A stretch of DNA of 64,000 nt from Myxococcota bacterium (GCA_965140415.1 OZ223209.1:2400001-2464000), one strand, 5' to 3'; positions 36,657 to 46,482 are shown, counted from the stretch's first letter. The notes: generated from the letters alone by a model not told the origin. Translations and numbers: made by a program.

Positions 36657-38393
36657 TTATTTCTTGGCAGCCAGGTGCTTGTACTTGGGCAGGAAACGTT
36701 CCGGCATCTTCAATGCGTCGCGACGGAACGGCTCGGCGAGAACTTCTTCTCCACCCTGGATGACTGCATTGATGACACAGGGTTTGCCGCTGGCAACGGC
36801 TTCTTTGACCACGTCGCCGACCTGATCGTAATGATCGACCGTGTAGCCCTTGGCTCCCATGACTTCCGCCAGCTTGGCGTAGTCGGGGTTGGTGGGCAGG
36901 TTCGCGCCGACGAAACGGCTTTCGTAGTAATCGATCTGGTTCTTTTTCTCTGCGCCCCACTCGTGGTTGTTAGCGACCACGGCGATGACCGGGATGTTCT
37001 CGCGAACGGCGGTCATGACTTCGGACATGCCGCTGATGCCGTAGGCACCATCGCCCTGGAACGCGAAGGTCGGAGCGTCGGGGTTGCCGATCTTGGCGCC
37101 CATGGCCGCGCCGTACGCGAATCCGCAGTTACCCCAGGACAACGCGCTGATGTGCTGACGGATGTTGTTGAACTTGAAGTAGGAGTTGCACATCGAAGAG
37201 TTGTTTCCGATGTCGGTGGCAACGATGGAGCCTTCCGGCATGGCCAGAGACAGCTCACGCAGGAAGCGGCGCGGATGCATCAGCGAATTGGTGCTGGTGG
37301 ACCAGTCTTCCAGTTCCGCACCCCAAGTGGCTTTTTCCTGCTCGATGTCGGCAATGCGTTCGGCGTTCGGCTTCAGATCTGCCTTGATGGCCTTGACGGC
37401 TTTGAGCAGTTCGGAGGTGTATTCCTTCACGTCTGCGCAGCTGGCGACGTCCACGTGGCGGCTTAAGCCCAGCACCTTGGCGTCTACATCGACCTGGATC
37501 AGTTTGGCATTCTCGGGGAAGTAGGAAATGTCATACTGCGGCAGGGTGCCGAACGGTCCCAGGCGGCTGCCCAGCGCCAGAACGACGTCTGCTTTGGCGA
37601 TGGTACGCATGGCGGCTTTGGAACCGCAGTAGCCGATCGGACCGACGGACAACTGATGTTTGGACGGGAACGTGTCGTTATGCAGGTAGCTGTTGCAAAC
37701 CGGAGCGGTAAGGTATTCGGCCAGCGCTTTGGTTTCTTCCAGCGCGTCACCCTGGGAAACGCCACCACCGGAAAGGATCACCGGGTATTTGGCGTCCGCC
37801 AGCAATTTCGCTGCGGCTTCCAGATCTTCTTTTGGGCCGACGCCGCGCTTGATCGTCATGGTCGGATAGATTTCGTCTTCCAGCGTACCATAGAAGTAGT
37901 CACGCGGAATATTCAACTGGGTCGGACCGTTTTCCAGTTTCGCCATGTAGAAGGCGCGACGGGTCAGCTCGGCCATACGTTCGTGACGATTGACACGCAC
38001 CTGGTAGACCGTCTGACGACGGAACATGTCCATCTGATCCAGTTCCTGGAAACCACCGGTGCCGATTCCCATCGTGCCGGTTTCAGGAGTGATGGCGACG
38101 ACCGGAGAGTGCGCCCAGTAGGCGGCGACGATGGCGCTGACGAAGTTCGCTGCGCCGGGACCGTTCTGCGCGATGCAGGCTTGCGGACGACCGGTGACGC
38201 GGGCCAGACCGTCGGCGGCATGCGCGGCGGCTTGTTCGTGGGCGACCGGGATGAAGCGAATGCCGGCTGCGGGGAAGAGGTCCAGGGCATCCATGAACGC
38301 GCTGCCGACGATACCGAATACATCGGTGACGCCTTCGGCGACCATGGTCTCGACCATTGCTTCACTGGGGGTCATTTTCATTTTATCGGCCAT
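36657..38393 (-). CDS. xsc: Sulfoacetaldehyde acetyltransferase (ThDP enzyme)
   Basis: MTPSEA, FGIVGSAFMD, VAHEQ, TDIGN, SWGNCG, GDGAYG, WGAEKKNQ, C-terminal EPFRRDA typical of Xsc. Confidence 0.9.
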   Translation of the reverse strand: MADKMKMTPSEAMVETMVAEGVTDVFGIVGSAFMDALDLFPAAGIRFIPVAHEQAAAHAADGLARVTGRPQACIAQNGPGAANFVSAIVAAYWAHSPVVAITPETGTMGIGTGGFQELDQMDMFRRQTVYQVRVNRHERMAELTRRAFYMAKLENGPTQLNIPRDYFYGTLEDEIYPTMTIKRGVGPKEDLEAAAKLLADAKYPVILSGGGVSQGDALEETKALAEYLTAPVCNSYLHNDTFPSKHQLSVGPIGYCGSKAAMRTIAKADVVLALGSRLGPFGTLPQYDISYFPENAKLIQVDVDAKVLGLSRHVDVASCADVKEYTSELLKAVKAIKADLKPNAERIADIEQEKATWGAELEDWSTSTNSLMHPRRFLRELSLAMPEGSIVATDIGNNSSMCNSYFKFNNIRQHISALSWGNCGFAYGAAMGAKIGNPDAPTFAFQGDGAYGISGMSEVMTAVRENIPVIAVVANNHEWGAEKKNQIDYYESRFVGANLPTNPDYAKLAEVMGAKGYTVDHYDQVGDVVKEAVASGKPCVINAVIQGGEEVLAEPFRRDALKMPERFLPKYKHLAAKK

Positions 38394-38961
38394 GAGAACT
38401 TCCTTTCCTAATTTGTCTTAGAGTACGGATCTGAATACACCAATTCACTGTTTATTCCGGCTTGTCCATAGAAAGCCGTAATGAATAAGCTGTCATGCTT
38501 TCGGAATTCGGAGCCGAAAGCGATATACGAAAGTTGATGAGTGTGCGTTGCCGTAAACGGCAGCTTCAATTCTCTCCTTCGATGAAAAACGAAGAAGAAA
38601 GATATCAGACCCGTGGGCCTCCTGGATCGCGTTCGCAGGCCCATTCATCCAGCGCGTTATCACGGATGGAGTTGTAATGGCCTTGCAGTCGGAAAATGGA
38701 AGATCGTTTGGTGAGGTAAAACACGGAGGATTCTCCGCTTTGATATCGACGCGAACTCGAAGAGCGAACCATCGTGTTAAGGCCGAAATGATTCATCCCT
38801 GGTACGTACCCCGAAGCTTTAGGCGAGCCACGCATGCGATCTGTCCATCGATACCAATATGCTTAACAGCGTTTACTAACCAAGTCGAAGACTAACTCTC
38901 ATCGACTAACACTCTTTTTTTTCGCTTCTGTCAAGCAAAATATGGAGAGTTTCTATAAAAT

Positions 38962-40032
38962 TTACTTTTGCAGCAACTCATAAGCCAGCTGTGCGATCAT
39001 CCATTCTTCATTCGTCGGGATGACATAGGCGCTGATGGTGGAGTGAGCACTGGTAATTTTGCCTTCATTGCGATTGTTGCTGTCTTTGTCCAATCGAATG
39101 CCGAGATGAGCTAGCGGAGCCAGAATGCTGGCGCGAATCGCTGCGGCGTTTTCTCCGATTCCTCCAGTAAATACAATGGCTTCCACTGGGCCGATTGCTG
39201 CCAGATAAGCGCCGATGGTTTTTCGGATTCGATAACAGAAAATGGAAACAGCCAGTTTGGCGTCTTCATCTGTGCGTTCGAGCAGGGTACGCATATCTTT
39301 TTCATTAGCCAGGCCCATTAGCCCCGACTCGTGCCATAGCAGATGTTCCACCTCTTCAAGAGATAATCCTTGTTTTTGTAAATACAAGGGGATCGCCGCA
39401 TCCAGATCGCCGCAACGGCTGCCCATCACCAAGCCCTCAAGGGGAGTCATCCCCATGGTTGTATCGATGCACTGACCTTCTCGAATGGCGGCGGCACTTG
39501 CTCCAGCGCCAAGATGAAGTAGAATCAGGTTGGGCTGTGGATTACCGGTCATTTGCGTGTATTTACGGGTCAGATAGTGATACGACTGTCCGTGAAACCC
39601 GTATCGGTAGACCTGAAATCGCTCCCTAGTCTCCGATGGTAGTGCGTAGTTTTGTGCTTCTGGTGGCATATTCCTGTGGAAAGCGGTGTCAAATGCGGCC
39701 ACCTGCGGCACGGCCAACACGCTTGTTGCTTCGATTCCAGCCAAGGCAGGAGGATTATGCAGTGGTGCTAGCGGAGACAGCTTTTTCAAGTTTTCAATGA
39801 CTTCCGGTGTAAGCAAAACCGGTTTGTGATATTCCCGGCCACCATGAACGACTCGATGGGCGACGGCATCCGGTTTTTCCGGCAAGGCGTTTAATATTTG
39901 CGTGATTGCGCTGGCATGATTTTCCGTGACTTCGACGAGTCCGGAATCGAGCACAGTAGATTGCGTATCATCCCAGGAATAAAGCTTGAATTTTACGGTA
40001 GAACTTCCGCAGTTGAGTATGAGCAGATGCAT
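38962..40032 (-). CDS. ackA: Acetate kinase
   Basis: LNCGSSTVK, HRVVHGG, APLHNP, FDTAFH, YGFHG, MGMTPLEGL, FTGGIGEN, IPTNEE; ATG 40032 with GGAGG SD. Confidence 0.95.
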   Translation of the reverse strand: MHLLILNCGSSTVKFKLYSWDDTQSTVLDSGLVEVTENHASAITQILNALPEKPDAVAHRVVHGGREYHKPVLLTPEVIENLKKLSPLAPLHNPPALAGIEATSVLAVPQVAAFDTAFHRNMPPEAQNYALPSETRERFQVYRYGFHGQSYHYLTRKYTQMTGNPQPNLILLHLGAGASAAAIREGQCIDTTMGMTPLEGLVMGSRCGDLDAAIPLYLQKQGLSLEEVEHLLWHESGLMGLANEKDMRTLLERTDEDAKLAVSIFCYRIRKTIGAYLAAIGPVEAIVFTGGIGENAAAIRASILAPLAHLGIRLDKDSNNRNEGKITSAHSTISAYVIPTNEEWMIAQLAYELLQK

Positions 40033-40373
40033 GGTACCTCCATCGAGAACAAGATGCTGCGGTCTGCACAGGCAGAACGAATCATGATTTTTGGGGCGTT
40101 GGCCAGGCTGTCGGGATTTATCGACATTAGCCCCGATTCGAAGGCACTTTATCACAGAATTCGCTGGTGCCAATCAATTTTGGAGAAAGATCGTCCGATT
40201 CTCTTTTTGGGCATGTCTATCTTCCTGTTTCTGTTCTTAAATTACAAAAAAGCTAGGCTTGACTTTTCGCTATATAACGGTGTAAACAAAAAGCTCAACA
40301 ACGATGTGACACTTCAATGATATTGCCTTTTGCAGGCAGTGTTTGCCATGCAAGCAAAAGAAGGGGAGTCGAG

Positions 40374-40943
40374 ATGAAAACTGCGTTCGAGGAAATCAGC
40401 GCCAAGGCGCTCAACATCCCGAAGGATTGGCGTGTCGCAAGGCGCTTGAAAGCCAGTACCTGTTCGATATCGCTGCTTGCCTTGGGAGCGACTTTCGAAT
40501 TGACCAGCCAATACGTCGAAGAGATGAAGCAAGAAATCGCAGACTGGGAAGACGGTCGGAAAGTCGGTATAGGCGTTTTGCCGGAAGGTCCGTACATTAC
40601 GATTCAGAAACAGGGCGATCGCTTGCGCTATTTGGGAACGGGATTGATCGACCCCGATATTTCCATCCTGTTCAAGAATCTCGATTCGGCGATCCTGATT
40701 TTTACCGGGATGCTGGGCGCGCCGCAAGCGGTTGCGGAAAACCGTGTCTGCACGCATGGTGAAAACTCGATGGCCATGCAGGTGACGCGCTCGATGGCCA
40801 TTGTTCAGACGTATCTTTTCCCAAGCCTGATTACCAGCCGAACGTTCAAGCGTCCTCCGATTCTGACCGGTAAACAGCTTGCAACCAAAGGGATGATCAT
40901 GGGTCTATTGACTCCCAGGCTTTTGGGACTGGCGATGAAATAA
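40374..40943 (+). CDS. Hypothetical protein, possibly SCP2/sterol-carrier-like
   Basis: PDISILFKNLDSAILIFTG...AVAENRV..HG resembles SCP2-type folds; GGGGAG SD; directly precedes the Fe-ADH gene. Confidence 0.5.
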   Translation: MKTAFEEISAKALNIPKDWRVARRLKASTCSISLLALGATFELTSQYVEEMKQEIADWEDGRKVGIGVLPEGPYITIQKQGDRLRYLGTGLIDPDISILFKNLDSAILIFTGMLGAPQAVAENRVCTHGENSMAMQVTRSMAIVQTYLFPSLITSRTFKRPPILTGKQLATKGMIMGLLTPRLLGLAMK

Positions 40944-40994
40944 GGATGTCGAAGGTTTTAACCGACGATTTATCGAAATCGATAACGAAAGGGC

Positions 40995-42176
40995 ATGAAC
41001 ATGTTGCCGAAATATTTCGAATTTATCTGTCCCGTAAAAATTTTATCCGGGCGCAAGGCGCTTTCCAACTTGCCGTATGAGTTGAAGCAACTCAATTCAA
41101 TCCATCCCATGGTCATTACCGATAAAGGTGTGGCGCAGGTCGGATTGTTGGATAAAATCAACGCGGCGTTTGCAGATAGCGATATTGAAATCAGTGAAGT
41201 CTTCGATGATACTCCCGCCGACAGCAGCAACCGTGTGATCAACAAGGTTGCCGATCTGTATCGTGAAAAGGGTTGCGATTCGCTCGTCGCAGTCGGCGGT
41301 GGAAGCGTGCTCGATACTGCCAAAGGCGTCAATATCGTCTTGTCGGAAAAAACCGACGATCTACTCAAATTCCAGGGTGTGGATCGTATCGTGGGACCGA
41401 TGCAGCCTTTCATCGCGATTCCGACGACGGCTGGAACCGGTTCGGAAGTAACGGCGGCGGCAGTGATCTACAACGAGGAAAAAGGGGCCAAGATGGCCTT
41501 TATGAGCAACAAACTCTATCCCGATGTGGCAATCGTCGATCCGGCAATGACGGAGACCATGCCGCCTAAAATCACGGCAGCGACCGGTATGGATGCGCTG
41601 ACTCACGCCGTTGAAGCCTATTACTGCTTACAGAAAAATCCGGTTTCCGATGCCTATGCCATCGGTGCGATTCGCCTGATCAAAGAATACCTGATTCCGG
41701 CGGTGGAAGATGGCAGCAATGCGGATGCGCGGCTGGCGATGGCGAACGCGGCCTTATTGGCTGGAATCGCGTTTTCGAATTCCATGGTTGGCATGGTGCA
41801 TGCCCTGGCGCACGCTACCGGCGGTGTGGCGCATGTGCCTCATGGTGTTGCAAATAGCATTCTGCTGCCTTTCGGAATGGAATACAACATCGAGAAGATG
41901 CAACCGGTCATCGCCGAGTTGGCGGATTGGCTGGGCGAGCCGGAAGCGCATCTGGACGAGCGCCAGCGCGCCTATCTGGCGGTGGAATCGGTGCGGCGAA
42001 TGACGGAGCGCTTGCACGAACTCTGCGGTTTACCGCTGACTTTGAAAGAGGCGGGCGTGCAGGAAAGCCAGTTGGAGCAGATCGCCAAGTTGGGCATCGA
42101 CGATGGCGCGTTGACCTACAACCCGGAAGAGATGACCTACGAAGATGGTTTGACGGTATTGAAGAAAGCGTTTTAA
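40995..42176 (+). CDS. Iron-containing alcohol dehydrogenase
   Basis: GGGSVLDTAK, IPTTAGTGSEVT, GMDALTHAVE, VHALAH, HG. Confidence 0.93.
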   Translation: MNMLPKYFEFICPVKILSGRKALSNLPYELKQLNSIHPMVITDKGVAQVGLLDKINAAFADSDIEISEVFDDTPADSSNRVINKVADLYREKGCDSLVAVGGGSVLDTAKGVNIVLSEKTDDLLKFQGVDRIVGPMQPFIAIPTTAGTGSEVTAAAVIYNEEKGAKMAFMSNKLYPDVAIVDPAMTETMPPKITAATGMDALTHAVEAYYCLQKNPVSDAYAIGAIRLIKEYLIPAVEDGSNADARLAMANAALLAGIAFSNSMVGMVHALAHATGGVAHVPHGVANSILLPFGMEYNIEKMQPVIAELADWLGEPEAHLDERQRAYLAVESVRRMTERLHELCGLPLTLKEAGVQESQLEQIAKLGIDDGALTYNPEEMTYEDGLTVLKKAF

Positions 42177-42204
42177 CCGAATTTCAATCCGGTAACTGAT
42201 TATG

Positions 42205-42238
42205 CCGCGCCCGCCGTAAAAGGCGGGCGCGGTTGTTT
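42205..42238 (+). terminator. Probable intrinsic terminator
   Basis: CCGCGCCCGCC-gtaaaa-GGCGGGCGCGG-TTGTTT. Confidence 0.65.
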
Positions 42239-42266
42239 GCACTCAGCTATGACAAGGAGTCTTACG

Positions 42267-43175
42267 ATGCCCAAAGCAGTGAGTACGATCATCGATTCCG
42301 ATGCCTGCATCGGTTGTGAACGCTGCATTCAAGTGTGCCCGCTGGATACGTTAAGCATGCAAAACGGAAAAGCCGTTGTCAGCGGTTCCGAATCGCTCTG
42401 GTGCGATCACTGTGTGGCGGTCTGCCCGGCCAATGCGATTCGCGTTGAAGGTTTGGATGCAGATTGGCTGAAGCTGGAAACGGTGGAAAATCACGAAAAA
42501 TGGCTGCCCTTTGGCGATTCGGATACGGGAGAACTGGTACGGCTGATGCGCTCGCGGCGTTCGTGCCGAAATTATACGGACAAGCCAGTGCCACTGGAAG
42601 TCTTGAACGATCTGGTGAAAATCGGTACCACAGCGCCTTCCGGTTCCAACTCCCAGTTATGGACCTTTACCATTTTACCGACTCGTGATACCGTAGTGAA
42701 ACTGGGGGAGCATGCACTTCGATTTTTCGAGAAGATCAACAACATGGCGGCCAAATCTAGTTTGCGGATGTATTCCAAGGTTTTCATGAAGGATGCCCTG
42801 GGCATTTACCACAGGGAATATAGCGAATTGGTAAGCAAAGCCATTGCCGATTTTAAAAGTGGCGGAAAAGATCGCATGTTTCACGGCGCGCCGGCTTTGA
42901 TTTTGGTTGGTTCCAAGGAAGGGGCAAGCTGTCCGGTGGAAGATGCCTTGCTGGCCACCCAGAATGTTCTGTTGGCGGCGCATTCGATGGGCTATGGCAC
43001 TTGTCTGATCGGCTTCGCGGTTGAAGCGGTCAAGCGAGACGCCTCGATTCGGCGCTTTTTACAGTTGAATAAAGATGAAAAAATTCATGCCGTGATCGCT
43101 TTAGGTGAGCCGAAAGAAAAGTGGGTACGCCTGACAGGTAGACGGGCAATCACGCCGCGCATCATCAACGGGTAA
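42267..43175 (+). CDS. Nitroreductase family protein with an N-terminal 2x[4Fe-4S] ferredoxin domain
   Basis: CIGCERCIQVCP and SLWCDHCVAVCP (first Cys replaced by Ser), RRSCRNY, APSGSN, GYGTCLIG; AAGGAG SD. Confidence 0.9.
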   Translation: MPKAVSTIIDSDACIGCERCIQVCPLDTLSMQNGKAVVSGSESLWCDHCVAVCPANAIRVEGLDADWLKLETVENHEKWLPFGDSDTGELVRLMRSRRSCRNYTDKPVPLEVLNDLVKIGTTAPSGSNSQLWTFTILPTRDTVVKLGEHALRFFEKINNMAAKSSLRMYSKVFMKDALGIYHREYSELVSKAIADFKSGGKDRMFHGAPALILVGSKEGASCPVEDALLATQNVLLAAHSMGYGTCLIGFAVEAVKRDASIRRFLQLNKDEKIHAVIALGEPKEKWVRLTGRRAITPRIING

Positions 43176-43207
43176 GGAGTTCCGTGATCGTTTGAAGGTT
43201 GGAGAGG

Positions 43208-44161
43208 CTAGCGGGAAGGATTAGGCGAATCATCTTTACCTGATTCGAAATTTCCCGAGCCGGTAGCAGGAGTGGGTTGCCCCGATTTTCCAATCGTGGT
43301 GCTTGGATGCTTTTGAGGGAACTCCGCAGCAAGGAGAGTTTCTCTCCAATTCTGTTCGTATTCGCTCTCTGTCACGGCAAACTGGCTTCGAAAGGCTTCA
43401 CGGAAGCTCAGATCTTCGCGCATCATGGCAAGCATCTTTAGAACCTGATCCATACCTGCCTGCTCAACCAGATCTTCAAACATCCAGTGTCCGACACTGT
43501 AGACTTCGCGCGGATGCTGTTGCACCAGTTTATGGCCTTCGGAAATGGGATCGCCTGCATAATCCTCACCGAGGTAGTACTTTTGCAGGTCGTGGCGGCT
43601 CATGCGAGAATCGCCCTGATCGGCAATATAGCTAGCCATGCCTTCCCGAAACCAGAGAGGAATCGGCTTTTTATACCAGTCCTTACCTTCACCGATTGTC
43701 TGGTACATCAGCACGTGGGCAAGTTCGTGCGTTAACAGACGCTTGACGCGCGTTTGGAGCATGACTCCAGCCCAAGTGCTGGGTGCTTGCAGAAGAATGA
43801 CGTCGAAACGCGCCCAGGCCCTTAGCCAGGGATAACCGGAGCGATGAACCTGCTGCTCCAGTTCGGTATGTGTCGGTATGATCCGAATCAAAACCGGATA
43901 GCGGAACTGTCCCACCTGACCGAGATGCTGCATGATCGAGGGCAACAAGTCGCTGATCAGTTCGCTGTCCCGATGTGTTGTGGCGCTGTATTCGACGAAT
44001 ACCTTGGCCTGTTGCTTTGGGAAAAGATAAGCACGGTGGCGGTCGTAGCGGACGGTGTTCGCACAGCCGTTGAATGTCAGAAGCAGCGCCAATAAGACAG
44101 TGGCAAAGCACAAGGCAAGTAGTCGCGAAGAGGCTGAAATGTTGTACGGCTTGCTCTTCAC
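43208..44161 (-). CDS. Lipoprotein zinc metallopeptidase (gluzincin, peptidase MA-like)
   Basis: Lipobox FNGC; HELAH followed by PLWFREGMASY. Confidence 0.75.
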   Translation of the reverse strand: MKSKPYNISASSRLLALCFATVLLALLLTFNGCANTVRYDRHRAYLFPKQQAKVFVEYSATTHRDSELISDLLPSIMQHLGQVGQFRYPVLIRIIPTHTELEQQVHRSGYPWLRAWARFDVILLQAPSTWAGVMLQTRVKRLLTHELAHVLMYQTIGEGKDWYKKPIPLWFREGMASYIADQGDSRMSRHDLQKYYLGEDYAGDPISEGHKLVQQHPREVYSVGHWMFEDLVEQAGMDQVLKMLAMMREDLSFREAFRSQFAVTESEYEQNWRETLLAAEFPQKHPSTTIGKSGQPTPATGSGNFESGKDDSPNPSR

Positions 44162-45540
44162 GGTTGTTCCCCATTCGCTTCCATATCTGTTTTAGCTGGC
44201 GCTCGTTTTTGAAGCAGATCCAGCCATTCACGATATGCCGGTTCCCATTTATAAAGGCGTACGGCAGCCTGTGCTCCTTTTATCGCCAGTTCATTTTCGC
44301 CGAGCGAATCGTAACCTTTCGACATCTTGTAAGAAATCTCAGCAAGCCACTTGCCGTAATGGCCATCGACGTTCTTCGGTGTCAGGCGCAGCACCTTTGT
44401 ATAAGCGGAAATGGCCTGTTTCCATTCCTTGCGTGAAGCATGCCAGTCGCCGTCATAAGCAGCGCTACGAGCCTGCATCCAGGGCGCGTAGTCGGGACAG
44501 GGACCGGAATGGGAGACAAGCAGATCGTAGCCTTGACTGTAAGTGATGTCCTTGTTGTTGTTCATCAGGCAATGCGTAGGCAGATCGTAGAAGTCGGGTA
44601 GTTTGAAAATGGCGTGACCCAGTTCATGTGCGATGATATAGGCGCCGACAATGTGGTTCCGCTGTGAGCGGCTGACGGTTTCCTTCGGGTTCTCTTTGAA
44701 AAATGGGATATCGGTGTCCATGCCGAAGGTGCTGCCCATGATCACCCGTTTGCCAAGAGTCGGGCGATGTTCGTTTTTATGCGAGAGACCGCCGACTTTG
44801 TTGGTAGTGAAAATGCTGTGGGGAAAGGGTTGCTCCATGTTGTCGAAGAGAATGAAGGTATTGGTCAGAACTAGGTCGTATTCTGTCTGGGTTTCCAGGG
44901 CGACCATCCAGTTCAGCAAACTGCGAACACGCTGCTTTTCCTTTCGCAGAATTGATTGGCCATTGTGTTGCAAGGACTGGATGTAGTCGATTTTGGACGT
45001 CATCTGACGGCTGATGCCGTCGAACAACTTGTCGTAACTGTCGTATTGGCTTCGTTCCTCTTCAGGAAAGAACGCCTGTAACTGTTCGATCTGCCAGTTT
45101 TTCAGAAACGCCAGGATGATGTCACGCTTGGCGCTGAAGTTGTTCTGCCCACCGGGATGAAAGCGTTTGGCCTCTATCTCGTGCAGACGTTCAGGATTAG
45201 CGGACAAGGTCTGCTGAAAAAACGTTTCGATCGATTGAACGCCGGCATCCTGAAAGCGGATGTTGTCGATCTGAAATTTGTCCTGGTACATACTGCGAGC
45301 GGTATTAAGGATTTCCTTTAAATCCTGATCCGAAATTTCCGGGAAGTCGTCGTCGATGACCCGCAGCACCGTGAGAGTCATCTGGGGGATATGTGCGAAC
45401 AAAGGCGTTTCGGTTGACTCGGAAGTTGTGGGTGCTTCCGGTGTGCTCGTTTTACAGGCAAGCAGAGACAGTACGGCAACCAATATGACGATCCATTGGG
45501 TTGCACCCTGGTGTTTCATGCTGTGAAACGGAGTAACCAT
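44158..45540 (-). CDS. Lipoprotein with a metzincin-like zinc-protease motif and C-terminal TPR-like helices
   Basis: Lipobox LLAC; AHELGHAIFKLPD...CLM; WKQAISAYTKVLRLTP. Confidence 0.65.
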   Translation of the reverse strand: MVTPFHSMKHQGATQWIVILVAVLSLLACKTSTPEAPTTSESTETPLFAHIPQMTLTVLRVIDDDFPEISDQDLKEILNTARSMYQDKFQIDNIRFQDAGVQSIETFFQQTLSANPERLHEIEAKRFHPGGQNNFSAKRDIILAFLKNWQIEQLQAFFPEEERSQYDSYDKLFDGISRQMTSKIDYIQSLQHNGQSILRKEKQRVRSLLNWMVALETQTEYDLVLTNTFILFDNMEQPFPHSIFTTNKVGGLSHKNEHRPTLGKRVIMGSTFGMDTDIPFFKENPKETVSRSQRNHIVGAYIIAHELGHAIFKLPDFYDLPTHCLMNNNKDITYSQGYDLLVSHSGPCPDYAPWMQARSAAYDGDWHASRKEWKQAISAYTKVLRLTPKNVDGHYGKWLAEISYKMSKGYDSLGENELAIKGAQAAVRLYKWEPAYREWLDLLQKRAPAKTDMEANGEQP

Positions 45541-45693
45541 GTCTCTGCCACGACCTCACTTCGCGTCAATCTGAAAAACATCCAAACAAATTACATCTTT
45601 TACCAGTACCATCCATCCATCGCTTTCACAAGGGCAATACACCGGTGGATTTCAGATTGTGCGATGGATAAATCCTGGGAAATATTTCGTTCT

Positions 45694-46455
45694 TCAGTCC
45701 GCCAGGCAGCGTAGGTATCCTCCGGGTGAGGCGCTGGTAAGCAACTTGTCGTTTAACTCGCGGTCCAACTCGAAGCGGGGATTTTGCTTTAAGAATTCCG
45801 TTACGGCGGTATAGGGATTGTTTCCCGGATGCCAGGGACGATTGGGAAAGGTGTCTTCGGGTAGGAATTCCACGAAGGTGTCGAAGACCATTAAATAACA
45901 TCCCTTCGTAACCAGCGGAGAATAGAACTCCAATTCTTTGAGGACGTGGTCGTGAGTGTGCATCGAATCGAGCACGACCATCACACGCGCAGAACGATCT
46001 TCCGTCATATTCTGTTCGTGCTGCCGGACGATCTCCCTAACTTGGGCGGCGGTTGCCGGATCGACGGAGGAACCTTCGATCATCGTAATATGGGGGAACA
46101 TCAGATGCTTTTCGATTTCCACCCGGTTATGAGTGCGGATGTCGATATCGACACCCACAACACGTCCGCCATTTCCCAACAGTTGCAGCATCGAAGCGTA
46201 AAAAACCATGGAGCCGCCGCGCGCGATGCCGGTTTCGATGATGATGTCAGGTCGGGTTTCCCACACAACTTCCTGCATGGCCACGATATCCGCCGGAAAC
46301 TGAATGATCGGCAGACCCATCCAGTTGAAATGGTAGCAATACTGGTGGGATAGGGCTTGATGCAGCCAGTCCGTCGACTTGCTTTTCAGTTCGTCATCCT
46401 GTCCGATGCGTCGTATGTTTTCCCGCTTTTCGCGTTCGAATTGCTCGTCCATCAA
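45694..46455 (-). CDS. CmcI/cephalosporin hydroxylase family (putative sugar O-methyltransferase)
   Basis: WMGLPIIQFPAD, PDIIIETGIARGGS, VLDSMHTHDHVLKEL. Confidence 0.85.
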   Translation of the reverse strand: MMDEQFEREKRENIRRIGQDDELKSKSTDWLHQALSHQYCYHFNWMGLPIIQFPADIVAMQEVVWETRPDIIIETGIARGGSMVFYASMLQLLGNGGRVVGVDIDIRTHNRVEIEKHLMFPHITMIEGSSVDPATAAQVREIVRQHEQNMTEDRSARVMVVLDSMHTHDHVLKELEFYSPLVTKGCYLMVFDTFVEFLPEDTFPNRPWHPGNNPYTAVTEFLKQNPRFELDRELNDKLLTSASPGGYLRCLAD

Positions 46456-46482
46456 GTATGCCTTTATCCTTCTCTTTTGCGA

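Noticed and set aside
35546-38411. Long plus-strand ORFs (294, 311 and 251 aa) opposite the serC-like gene and xsc
   Set aside because: Antisense shadows of codon-biased genes that avoid TTA, CTA and TCA; no protein motifs
40155-40175. Sigma54 promoter for ackA (minus-strand TTGGCAC)
   Set aside because: No GC at the -12 position ten bases after the GG
40995-42176. Fe-ADH as a sulfoacetaldehyde reductase or isethionate dehydrogenase of the xsc module
   Set aside because: The family fits, but the gene is divergent, paired with an SCP2-like gene, and shows no diagnostic residues I can identify; unsupported without phylogeny
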